Assembly (NCBI GenBank): GCA_964407595.1
Contig: CAYOWE010000001.1
Location: forward strand, 16,643 to 57,936
Length of the DNA: 41,294 nucleotides
From: an uncultured Candidatus Saccharibacteria bacterium
GTDB taxonomy: Bacteria; Patescibacteriota; Minisyncoccia; Portnoybacterales; UBA2143
Direction: 5' to 3'
The position numbers were made by a program, and so were the translations under genes. Of the stretch, positions 8,486 through 16,826 are shown one piece after another. Position 1 is the stretch's first letter. Every line of letters starts with the position of its first letter. The notes below the pieces were generated by a model, which was not told the DNA's origin, did no database searches, and saw nothing but the letters and a program-made list of their open reading frames with translations.

Positions 8486-9106
8486 TTAGATACTTTTTCT
8501 CCTAAAATATTTTTTGATATTACCGAAAGTCTGACGGCTAAAAAACCTTTTCTTGGATTGAGAAGTAGTTGGATAAGGCCGGGGCGGCAAGACCGGTTTT
8601 GGTTTGGGTACCGGACCCTTTACTTCTTTTATTCTCTGAATCTCTTCTAATAATTCCGGTTCTTTTTTTTCTTCTTTGCCTTCAACAGTTTTAGCGGAGA
8701 AAGACTTGGCAACTAATGGCTTTTCCTCTTTGGCTGTTCTTGACTCAACTTCCTTAACTTCTTGAGAAACTGATGCTTCTTTTTCATTTAAAATTAAAGT
8801 AATATGACTGGTTCTTTTCATTATCGGCGTCGTCCGACCCATGGCTCGTGGTCGCCATCTTTTTAAAGTTGGCCCACTCTCAACAATAACATTACTGACG
8901 TAAAGATTCTCTTTGACTAAATTTGCTTTGTTTTTAGCATTAGCCACTGCCGAATTAAGCAGCTTTAAAACGGGCTTAGCTGCTTTCTTGGTCAAAAATT
9001 TTAATTGTCTTTCCGCTTCAATTACTGACAAACCCTTAATTAAATCAGTAACTAATCTGATTTTGCGAGATGAAATTCTTAAGTGACTTAATTTAGCCGT
9101 AATCAT
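8486..9106 (-). CDS. rplV: 50S ribosomal protein L22 with long charged/proline-rich C-terminal extension
   Basis: The 206-aa ORF has an L22 core in its first ~110 aa. It is in operon order. Confidence 0.93.
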   Translation of the reverse strand: MITAKLSHLRISSRKIRLVTDLIKGLSVIEAERQLKFLTKKAAKPVLKLLNSAVANAKNKANLVKENLYVSNVIVESGPTLKRWRPRAMGRTTPIMKRTSHITLILNEKEASVSQEVKEVESRTAKEEKPLVAKSFSAKTVEGKEEKKEPELLEEIQRIKEVKGPVPKPKPVLPPRPYPTTSQSKKRFFSRQTFGNIKKYFRRKSI

Positions 9107-9108
9107 AA

Positions 9109-9417
9109 TTATTTTTTAGTCGCCTCTTTTTGACGAGCAGTTATTTCCTGTTCTCGCTGCATTTTGCCGCCATGTCTGGTAAATTTCCTGGTGGAAGAAA
9201 ACTCGCCTAACTTGTGACCAACCATATCTTCAGAAATAAAAACTGGCAGATGCTCTTTGCCATTATGAACCCCGAAGGTAAAACCGACCATTTCTGGAGT
9301 AATAGTGCAATTTCTGGCCCAGGTTTTAATCACTGTTTTATCGCCCGACTTTAAATTGGCTATTTTCTTTAATAGCTTGGCGTCAACATAGGGACCTTTT
9401 TTAAGTGAACGTGACAT
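9109..9417 (-). CDS. rpsS: 30S ribosomal protein S19
   Basis: The 102-aa ORF begins [12 protein letters not shown]. Confidence 0.97.
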   Translation of the reverse strand: MSRSLKKGPYVDAKLLKKIANLKSGDKTVIKTWARNCTITPEMVGFTFGVHNGKEHLPVFISEDMVGHKLGEFSSTRKFTRHGGKMQREQEITARQKEATKK

Positions 9418-9422
9418 ATTTT

Positions 9423-10259
9423 TTATTTCCTTTTCTTAATTCTTCTTTTTAAAATAAGCTTATCACTTGGTTTCTTTTTACGAGTCTTGACTCCGTAAGC
9501 TAATTTGCCCCAAGGTGTCTTGGGTCCTTTTCTTAGACCAATTGACTGCCGGTTTTCTCCGCCACCGTGAGGATGGTCGCAAGGATTCATAGCTGAACCA
9601 CGGACAGTTGGCCGGCGTCCCAGCCAACGGCTGCGACCCGCCTTACCAATAACCACCGCGTTCTGTTCTAAATTACTTAATTGACCTAAACTGGCCAAAC
9701 AATCTTCTTTAATCATTCTGATTTCTCCAGAAGCTAATTTAAGATGAACGTAGCCGCCTTCCCGAGCCATCACCTGAGCGCTACTGCCAGCCGACCTAAT
9801 TAGCTGACCGCCTTTATTGGGGAAAAGTTCAATATTATAGACAGAGGTCCCGACTGGAATATTCTTTATTTTCATCCGATTACCAACTTTGAGAGGAGTT
9901 TCCTCCTGACAAATAATTTGTTCGCCAACTTTCAACCCATTCGGCGCTAAAACATATCTTTTTTCTCCATCAATATAATTTAAAAGAGCAATGAAGCAGC
10001 TTCGGTTAGGGTCATATTCAATAGCCGCCACTTTAGCCGAAACACCCTTTTTATCAAATCGCTTAAAATCAATTAAACGATATTTTCTTTTATGGCCACC
10101 ACCTTTGTGACGAGTTGTAATCCGACCCCCATAACCACGCCCAAAACTCCTGCTTAATTTTTTGGTCAGTTTTTTTGCCGGTTTCTTTTTAGTCAAAACA
10201 GAAAAATCTACTGAAGTCATTTTTCTCCTTGACGGGGTAGTTGGTTTATATCTTTTCAT
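9423..10259 (-). CDS. rplB: 50S ribosomal protein L2
   Basis: The 278-aa ORF contains [15 protein letters not shown]. Confidence 0.97.
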   Translation of the reverse strand: MKRYKPTTPSRRKMTSVDFSVLTKKKPAKKLTKKLSRSFGRGYGGRITTRHKGGGHKRKYRLIDFKRFDKKGVSAKVAAIEYDPNRSCFIALLNYIDGEKRYVLAPNGLKVGEQIICQEETPLKVGNRMKIKNIPVGTSVYNIELFPNKGGQLIRSAGSSAQVMAREGGYVHLKLASGEIRMIKEDCLASLGQLSNLEQNAVVIGKAGRSRWLGRRPTVRGSAMNPCDHPHGGGENRQSIGLRKGPKTPWGKLAYGVKTRKKKPSDKLILKRRIKKRK

Positions 10260-10267
10260 AATTTAAA

Positions 10268-10771
10268 TTATTTCGGCAATAACTCTATTTTTTCTCCTTT
10301 GGCTAAGGTAACAATCGCTTTTTTAAAACCCTTTTTTAACCCATGACGCCAACCTTCACTGCGACCCAAACGTCTTTTTTTGGGAGCTGAATGGATTAAA
10401 TGAACTTTTTCCACCTTAACGCCATAAAGTGTCTCAATAACCTTTTTAATCTCAACCTTATTGGCCTTGGGAAAGACCTTAAAAACGTATTTATTTTGGT
10501 TAGCTAAAAAATTAGCTTTTTCGGTAATATGCGGCTCTTTAATAATCCGATAGGCCTCTGGTACTTTTTTGCCAACGACTTTTTGGAGCTTTTCTTTCTT
10601 GGATTTCTCATTCTGGTCAGCCTTCTTATTTTCTTTTTTTTCGGGTTTCTTTATTATCTGGACTTTTTCTTTCTCACTAGAAGCGGATCTGCCCACGTCA
10701 GTCCGCTCTTGGCGGATTTGGCTGACTTTGGCAGATTTTATTTTCTTTTTAAATCTATCTAATAAAGCCAT
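10268..10771 (-). CDS. rplW: 50S ribosomal protein L23 with ~70-aa K/E-rich N-terminal extension
   Basis: The 167-aa ORF has an L23 core in its C-terminal ~95 aa (ITEKANFL...VFKV). It is in operon order. Confidence 0.92.
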   Translation of the reverse strand: MALLDRFKKKIKSAKVSQIRQERTDVGRSASSEKEKVQIIKKPEKKENKKADQNEKSKKEKLQKVVGKKVPEAYRIIKEPHITEKANFLANQNKYVFKVFPKANKVEIKKVIETLYGVKVEKVHLIHSAPKKRRLGRSEGWRHGLKKGFKKAIVTLAKGEKIELLPK

Positions 10772-10776
10772 ATTTT

Positions 10777-11445
10777 TTACTTAAGATAAGTTTCCTTAAT
10801 CACTTCAATCGCCTCTTGAGGCATCAATAAGTACCTGTACGATAAAATATCTAAAACATTCAAACTATCAGCTCTAATTGTTTTTATCTTAGGAATGTTT
10901 TTAACTGCTCTGATTATTTTTTGGTCACTGGCTCGCTTTGATTCATCAAGGCAAGCTGATAAAACAATTAAAGTTCCTTTAGTTAAATCTTTTTTAATCT
11001 TTGTTTTTAAATTATTAAATACTTCCATTATTTGCTTGGTTTTAGCTTGCGTCAATTCTAATTTGTCCAGCAAAACCATTTCTTTGTCTTTCGCCTTAGA
11101 AGATAAAACTATTAAGAGCGCCTGGCGCTTCATTTTCTTATTAATTTTCTTGGCAAAAACTCTTTCTTTGGTTGGTCCAAAAGTCACGCCGCCGCCCCGC
11201 CAAATTGGTGAACGAATAGAGCCATGTCTGGCCCGACCAGTTCCTTTTTGCCGCCAGGGCTTAGCCCCGCCGCCTCGCACTTCACTTCTATCTTTGGTAT
11301 GAGCCAACACTTGTCGAGCATTAGCCATTTGAGCAACCACTACTTGATGAACCAAATCCTTATTCATCTTCACATCAAAAATCTCAGCCGGCAACTTAGC
11401 TTGGCCAACTTCTTTTCCTTCTTGATTGTAAATTATTTCCGGCAT
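10777..11445 (-). CDS. rplD: 50S ribosomal protein L4
   Basis: The 222-aa ORF contains KPWRQKGTGRARHGSIRSPIWRGGG. Confidence 0.97.
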   Translation of the reverse strand: MPEIIYNQEGKEVGQAKLPAEIFDVKMNKDLVHQVVVAQMANARQVLAHTKDRSEVRGGGAKPWRQKGTGRARHGSIRSPIWRGGGVTFGPTKERVFAKKINKKMKRQALLIVLSSKAKDKEMVLLDKLELTQAKTKQIMEVFNNLKTKIKKDLTKGTLIVLSACLDESKRASDQKIIRAVKNIPKIKTIRADSLNVLDILSYRYLLMPQEAIEVIKETYLK

Positions 11446-11447
11446 TA

Positions 11448-12287
11448 TTATTTATTATCCTTAGATTCTCCTTTCTTTTCCTCTTCTTTCTCTTTCTTTT
11501 CTTCTTTGGCTGGCTCTTGCTTTCGGCTGCTTTTTTCTCCAGAGGCACGCTCCATAGGCGCGTCCGTCTTTAATGGAAATTCACCTTTGGCGGATTTCTC
11601 TCCTGCCTTGGCCTCTCTTTGCTTCAAATCAGCTACCAGTTTTTCCTGCCTTTCTTCCTTAACTGCTTCAATTTCTTTAGTCGCGACTATCTCCAAAAGA
11701 GTTCCTTTTTTGCCAGGGATGGCTCCTTTGACCGCTAATAGATTATTTTCCTTATCAATTTGAACTATTTTTAATCCTGAAGTAGTTATTCTCTCGTTAC
11801 CCATCCGACCAGCCATTTTCTTGCCTTTCCAGACCCGTTCAGGAAAAGAGGAACCGATTGAACCAGGCGCCCGTAAACCATGCTTAGTACCATGCGAAGC
11901 AGGAAAACCAGAAAAACCATGTCTTTTAACTACTCCCTGAAATCCTTTTCCTTTAGAAGTTCCCGCTACTTTGACTATCTCCCCTTGATTGAATATAGAA
12001 ACATCAATTTGTTCGCCAATTTTTAAATGACCATTAGGAAATTCTCTTAAATAACGAAATCCTTTTTTAAAACCAGCTTTTTTAAAATGACCCTTTTGCG
12101 GCTTTTTAACTTTCTTATCCTTAATCTCTTCAAAACCAATTTGCACGGCTGAATAGCCATCTTTTTCTTTATTCTTTAGTTGAACAACCGAACAGGGCCC
12201 TGCTTCAATTAAGGTAACTGGAACAACCTGACTTTTTTCATCAAAGAGCTGTGACATACCTAATTTTTTACCCAAAATAAATTTCAT
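11448..12287 (-). CDS. rplC: 50S ribosomal protein L3 with K/E-rich C-terminal extension
   Basis: The ORF track extends to 12374 from a TTG codon. The L3 homology starts at MKFILGKKLGMSQ (ATG at 12285-12287), and the upstream 29 aa overlap a hairpin. Confidence 0.9.
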   Translation of the reverse strand: MKFILGKKLGMSQLFDEKSQVVPVTLIEAGPCSVVQLKNKEKDGYSAVQIGFEEIKDKKVKKPQKGHFKKAGFKKGFRYLREFPNGHLKIGEQIDVSIFNQGEIVKVAGTSKGKGFQGVVKRHGFSGFPASHGTKHGLRAPGSIGSSFPERVWKGKKMAGRMGNERITTSGLKIVQIDKENNLLAVKGAIPGKKGTLLEIVATKEIEAVKEERQEKLVADLKQREAKAGEKSAKGEFPLKTDAPMERASGEKSSRKQEPAKEEKKEKEEEKKGESKDNK

Positions 12288-12311
12288 AGAATTAAGACAA
12301 TGGCTAATAAA

Positions 12312-12334
12312 ATACCGGGCACTAAACCCGGTAT
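12312..12334 (-). terminator. Hairpin plus U-run between rpsJ and rplC (possible attenuator)
   Basis: The minus strand reads ataccggg tttagtg cccggtat followed by tttatt. Confidence 0.45.
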
Positions 12335-12401
12335 TTAATCGACGGATAGCTGCCTTATAATTAAAACTTATCAACTTGTAAGAAAAACATATTCATAGAG
12401 A

Positions 12402-12731
12402 TTACATTTTTATTTCAATGTCAACACCAGCTGGTAAATTTAACCCCATTAAGGCATCAATCACTTTGGCCGTGGGATTAATAATATCAATCAGCCGTTT
12501 ATGAACTCGCATTTCATATTGTTCCCGGGAATCCTTATGAACAAAAGTAGAACGATTAACCGTATACTTATGAATTTGGGTCGGCAAGGGAACTGGCCCG
12601 CGAATCTCTGCTCCATAACGTTCCACTATTTCAACAATCTGCTTGATTGACTGGTCAATTAGCTTATGATCGTAGGCCTGTATTTTAATGCGAATTCGCT
12701 GCTTAACTTCTTCCTCTTTTTTAGGTGCCAT
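12402..12731 (-). CDS. rpsJ: 30S ribosomal protein S10
   Basis: The 109-aa ORF contains [15 protein letters not shown]. Confidence 0.97.
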   Translation of the reverse strand: MAPKKEEEVKQRIRIKIQAYDHKLIDQSIKQIVEIVERYGAEIRGPVPLPTQIHKYTVNRSTFVHKDSREQYEMRVHKRLIDIINPTAKVIDALMGLNLPAGVDIEIKM

Positions 12732-12814
12732 CGTTAAAAATTAAAAATGAAAATTTCTAATTGTCATTATGAATAGAATCCTTCACTCTATTTAGTCGTT
12801 CAGGATGACTATTT

Positions 12815-12856
12815 TTTTATCCAAATACCTGCCACCGGGCAGGTATTTGGATAAAA
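12815..12856. repeat. 19-bp perfect hairpin immediately after the tuf stop codon
   Basis: The sequence reads tttatccaaatacctgcc accg ggcaggtatttggataaa. No U-run follows on the transcribed strand. Confidence 0.8.
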
Positions 12857-12859
12857 TGT

Positions 12860-14059
12860 TTACTTAGATATTTTAGTCACTACTCCAGCGCCTACTGTCT
12901 TACCGCCTTCTCGAAGGGCAAATCGCTGTTTTATTTCTAAGGCAACTGGTGACATTAGCTTAATCTTTAAATTGACCGTGTCGCCCGGCATAACCATCTC
13001 GGTCCCTTCAGGTAAAGTTACCTCGCCAGTTACATCAGTTGTCCTGATATAAAATTGAGGCTTATATCCACTAAAGAAAGGGGTATGGCGACCACCTTCC
13101 TCTTTAGATAGGATATAGACTTCTCCCTCAAACTCCTGATGAGGGGTAACACTGCCCGGCTTAGCTAAAACTTGACCTCTTTCAAGATTCTCTCTTTTGA
13201 CTCCTCGCAATAAAATACCAGCATTATCGCCGGCTCTTCCTTCATCAAGCGATTTATTAAACATTTCAATACCGGTAATGACTGTTTTTTGAGTATCGTG
13301 CAAGCCAATTACTTCCACTTCTTCATTGAGTTTGACTATTCCTCTTTCAATTCGACCAGTAGCCACCGTGCCTCGCCCTTCAATAGAAAAAATATCCTCA
13401 ATAGGCATTAAGAATGGCTTATCCACTTCACGAGTCGGTTCGGGAATATTTTCATCAATTGACTTCATTAATTCCCTAATCGGCCCACATTTTGGACAAT
13501 CTTCTTTACCGCAGCCGCATTCCAAGGCCTGAAGAGCCGAACCTCGAATAATCGGAATTTTATCTCCTTCAAATTCATACTTACTCAAAAGCTCTCTAAT
13601 TTCCTGTTCAACTAAATCAACCAACTCTGAATCATCGGTCTGGTCTGTTTTATTCAAAAAGACAACTAAGGCAGGCAAACCAACCTGACGAGCTAAAAGA
13701 ATGTGTTCTCGGGTTTGCGGCATTGGTCCATCAGGCGCTGAAACGACTAAAATAGCTCCGTCCATTTGAGCCGCTCCGGTAATCATATTTTTAATGTAAT
13801 CAGCGTGACCGGGACAATCAATGTGAGCATAATGCCGTTTCTCTGTCTCGTATTCAACGTGAGCTACGGCAATGGTCAAGCCACGCGCTTTTTCTTCCGG
13901 AGCATTGTCAATATCATTAACCCCTTTATCTTGGGACTTAAAACCAGCCGCTTTTAAACATTTTAAAATAGCCGCGGTTAAAGTGGTTTTACCATGGTCA
14001 ACGTGACCAATGGTTCCGATATTAAGGTGTGGCTTTGTTCTTTCAAATTTCTCAGCCAT
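12860..14059 (-). CDS. tuf: Elongation factor Tu
   Basis: The sequence is EF-Tu-like from [27 protein letters not shown] (ATG at 14057-14059). The 18 extra N-terminal residues in the ORF track come from an upstream repeat. Confidence 0.97.
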   Translation of the reverse strand: MAEKFERTKPHLNIGTIGHVDHGKTTLTAAILKCLKAAGFKSQDKGVNDIDNAPEEKARGLTIAVAHVEYETEKRHYAHIDCPGHADYIKNMITGAAQMDGAILVVSAPDGPMPQTREHILLARQVGLPALVVFLNKTDQTDDSELVDLVEQEIRELLSKYEFEGDKIPIIRGSALQALECGCGKEDCPKCGPIRELMKSIDENIPEPTREVDKPFLMPIEDIFSIEGRGTVATGRIERGIVKLNEEVEVIGLHDTQKTVITGIEMFNKSLDEGRAGDNAGILLRGVKRENLERGQVLAKPGSVTPHQEFEGEVYILSKEEGGRHTPFFSGYKPQFYIRTTDVTGEVTLPEGTEMVMPGDTVNLKIKLMSPVALEIKQRFALREGGKTVGAGVVTKISK

Positions 14060-14162
14060 ATTAACAGCAAATAATGAACAATGAACAGCGAACAATAAAA
14101 AGTCGCTATTCAAAATTCTCTATTCACATATATTAAATTTAGTTTTTAACAACTTTATATAA

Positions 14163-14191
14163 AGTTTACAAAACATCCTCCAAATAGTCAA
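14163..14191 (-). promoter_or_regulatory. Internal promoter for tuf
   Basis: The minus strand reads TTGACT (14186-14191), 17 nt, then TAAACT (14163-14168). Confidence 0.6.
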
Positions 14192-14227
14192 TACCTCAAC
14201 GAACAATATTGTTCATTGTTCATTGAT

Positions 14228-14491
14228 TTAAAACGGTAAATCTTCTACTTTGACTTCCTGATTATCAGTAACTTCTTGATTATCCGGTTCAACCCCTTCG
14301 GTCTCTTCTTTTTCTTCGGCTTTCCATTCATCAATATCCCGATTAACTTTCTCTATCTCTGAAGATGACCGACCAGAACCTGCCTTTTCATAATCTTCCA
14401 GCCTCATAACTAAATAGGTCGGCCGGTTCTTTTCTACTATAATACACTTACCGCCTTCTTTTTGCAATATTTTTTTAATTCTTTCCCACAT
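14228..14491 (-). CDS. Small acidic hypothetical protein (Phd/YefM-like N-terminal pattern, acidic tail ending DLPF)
   Basis: The 87-aa ORF lies between fusA and tuf. Residues GKCIIVEKNRPTYLVMRLEDYEKA resemble the antitoxin-fold beta-strand plus EEY pattern. This is inferred from the pattern only. Confidence 0.55.
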   Translation of the reverse strand: MWERIKKILQKEGGKCIIVEKNRPTYLVMRLEDYEKAGSGRSSSEIEKVNRDIDEWKAEEKEETEGVEPDNQEVTDNQEVKVEDLPF

Positions 14492-14554
14492 GCTAATTTT
14501 CTCAACGAGACAAGCAAGCTTGCTTGCGACATCGAGTTGTTAGAAAATCGAGCA

Positions 14555-14653
14555 CCCAGCCCTCTAAGCTGTAATTTAAATAATAACAGATTACTATAAA
14601 TATGTAAATTACTTTTTGGCTCTATGTTTTAATCTAAGACATAGAGGGCTGGG
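14555..14653 (-). repeat. GC-clamped long hairpin element, copy 3 (fusA|small ORF spacer)
   Basis: The inverted repeat is cccagccctct (14555-14565) / agagggctggg (14643-14653). The flanks are identical to those of copy 2. Confidence 0.8.
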
Positions 14654-14683
14654 TAATGCTTCAGTCACCAAAAATCCGGTGTC

Positions 14684-16819
14684 TTACGACTTGGATTTTT
14701 GGTCTGAACCAATTATCTCTTCAAGCACATTCTTGGGCACTTCAGCATAATAGTCAAATTCCATGGTGAAAGTGGCTCGGCCTTGAGTCATTGACCTTAA
14801 TTGAGTAGCATAGCCAAACATACTAGCCAAAGGCACCTGGGCATCAATTACTTTAACCCGACTGGCCTCTTCTCCTCTGTCTTCCATTTTGGCAATCTTA
14901 CCTCGTTTAGCACTAATGTCACCGATAACATCTCCCATAAACTGCTCCGGAGTAACCACCTCTAATTTCATAACTGGCTCTAATAAAATCAAATCAGCCT
15001 GTTTAACTGCTCCCTGCAAAGCGATTGAACCAGCAATTTTAAAAGCGGCTTCCGAAGAATCTACATCATGATAAGAACCATCGTAAAGGGTGACTTTCAG
15101 GTCAACTAAAGGATAACCGGCTAAGACACCTTTATCCATCGCTTCTTTAACTCCCTTTCCCACAGCCGGAATAAATTCCTGGGGAATGACACCTCCTTTA
15201 ATCGTATTAATAAATTCAAAGCCCTGACCTCGTTCTTGCGGTTCAACTTTCAACCAAACATGACCATATTGGCCATGACCGCCAGTCTGACGAATGTATT
15301 TTCCTTCGGCTTCCGCCATCTCTTTAATTGTTTCCTTGTAAGCTACTTGGGGCTGACCAATATTGGCCCCTACTTTAAATTCCCTCAGCATTCGGTCAAC
15401 AATAACTTCCAGATGTAATTCGCCCATGCCGGAAATAATCGTTTGACCGGTCTCGGTATCACCTTTAATCTGGAAAGTTGGATCTTCATCGGCTAGCCGT
15501 TTTAGGGCCAGACCCATTTTTTCCTGGTCAGCTTTTGTCTTTGGCTCAATAGCAATAGAAATAACTGGTACGGGAAAAGTAATTTTTTCTAAAAGTATCG
15601 GCTGATTAGGATCAGCTAAGGTATCGCCAGTAGTCGTTTCCTTAAGGCCAATAGCTGCTCCGATGTCTCCGGCATAAAATTCTTTTACTTCTTCGCGTTG
15701 AGCCGCATGCATTCTCAAAAGGCGACCGATTCTTTCTTGTTTACCCGTGTTAGAGTTTAGCACATAAGAACCACTCGTCAAGATACCAGAATAAATTCTT
15801 AAATAGGCTAATTGACCAACAAAAGGGTCGGTAGCTATTTTAAAAACCAAAGCCGCCAAAGACGCCTCATCTTTGCTCTCTCTGGTCAATTTCTTTGTTT
15901 CATCTTTAAAGTCAAAACCCTCAACTGACGGCAAGTCAACTGGAGCAGGCAAGTAATCAATAATACCATCTAATAAAAGTTGGATTCCCTTATTTTTTAA
16001 AGCCGAACCGCAAAAAACCGGCACTAATTTATAATTAATAGTTGCTTGACGCAAAACCCGCTTCAAATCTTCTTCTTTTATTTCTTGGCCATCTAAATAT
16101 TTTTCAGTCAATTGGTCATCTTGTTCAACAATTTTTTCCAGCATCTTATTTTGATAATCCTTACTCTCCTCTTTCATTTCTTGAGGAATTTCCTCTTCAA
16201 CAACTTGCTCACCGTGATCGCCAATAAACTTATAGGCCTTCATCTTAACTAAATCAATTATTCCCTGATGTTTTTCTTCTAAGCCAATGGGGATTTGCAG
16301 AACGACCGCTTGAGGAGTTAATCGCTGCCAAATTGAATTTAAACTCTTTTTAAAATCAGCCCCGGTTCTGTCTAATTTGTTAATAAAACAAAGACGCGGC
16401 ACTTTAAATTTATCCGCCTGACGCCAGACCGTTTCCGACTGTGGTTCCACACCGGCTACTCCATCAAAAACAACTACGGCTCCGTCAAGCACTCTTAAGG
16501 AACGCTGCACTTCAACCGTAAAATCAATATGACCGGGCGTATCAATGATGTTAATAAGGTACTCTCCTGGTCCGCTTTCCTTAGATAAATATCCTCGAGC
16601 TGTCCAAAAACAAGTGGTCGCCGCCGCCGTAATAGTAATGCCTCTCTCTTTTTCTTGTTCCATCCAGTCCATGATTGCCTCACCTTCATGAACCTCGCCA
16701 ATTTTATGAGAAATACCAGTATAAAAAAGCACCCGTTCCGTAACGGTGGTCTTACCTGCATCAATATGAGCAATGATGCCGATGTCTCTTGTTTTTTTAA
16801 TTGGATATTGTCTGGGCAT
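14684..16819 (-). CDS. fusA: Elongation factor G
   Basis: The 711-aa ORF contains [15 protein letters not shown] and DTPGHIDF. Confidence 0.97.
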   Translation of the reverse strand: MPRQYPIKKTRDIGIIAHIDAGKTTVTERVLFYTGISHKIGEVHEGEAIMDWMEQEKERGITITAAATTCFWTARGYLSKESGPGEYLINIIDTPGHIDFTVEVQRSLRVLDGAVVVFDGVAGVEPQSETVWRQADKFKVPRLCFINKLDRTGADFKKSLNSIWQRLTPQAVVLQIPIGLEEKHQGIIDLVKMKAYKFIGDHGEQVVEEEIPQEMKEESKDYQNKMLEKIVEQDDQLTEKYLDGQEIKEEDLKRVLRQATINYKLVPVFCGSALKNKGIQLLLDGIIDYLPAPVDLPSVEGFDFKDETKKLTRESKDEASLAALVFKIATDPFVGQLAYLRIYSGILTSGSYVLNSNTGKQERIGRLLRMHAAQREEVKEFYAGDIGAAIGLKETTTGDTLADPNQPILLEKITFPVPVISIAIEPKTKADQEKMGLALKRLADEDPTFQIKGDTETGQTIISGMGELHLEVIVDRMLREFKVGANIGQPQVAYKETIKEMAEAEGKYIRQTGGHGQYGHVWLKVEPQERGQGFEFINTIKGGVIPQEFIPAVGKGVKEAMDKGVLAGYPLVDLKVTLYDGSYHDVDSSEAAFKIAGSIALQGAVKQADLILLEPVMKLEVVTPEQFMGDVIGDISAKRGKIAKMEDRGEEASRVKVIDAQVPLASMFGYATQLRSMTQGRATFTMEFDYYAEVPKNVLEEIIGSDQKSKS

Positions 16820-16826
16820 AAATCAA

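Noticed and set aside
11224-11763. 179-aa + strand ORF spanning the rplD/rplC junction.
   Set aside because: It is antisense to the L4 N-terminus and the K/E-rich L3 tail. Its S/F/L-rich low-complexity product is the mirror of that tail.
14201-14214. gaacaatattgttc as a LexA (Cheo-type) SOS box.
   Set aside because: The Gram-positive consensus is GAAC-N4-GTTC, whereas here the half-sites are 6 nt apart. No lexA or SOS genes are nearby.
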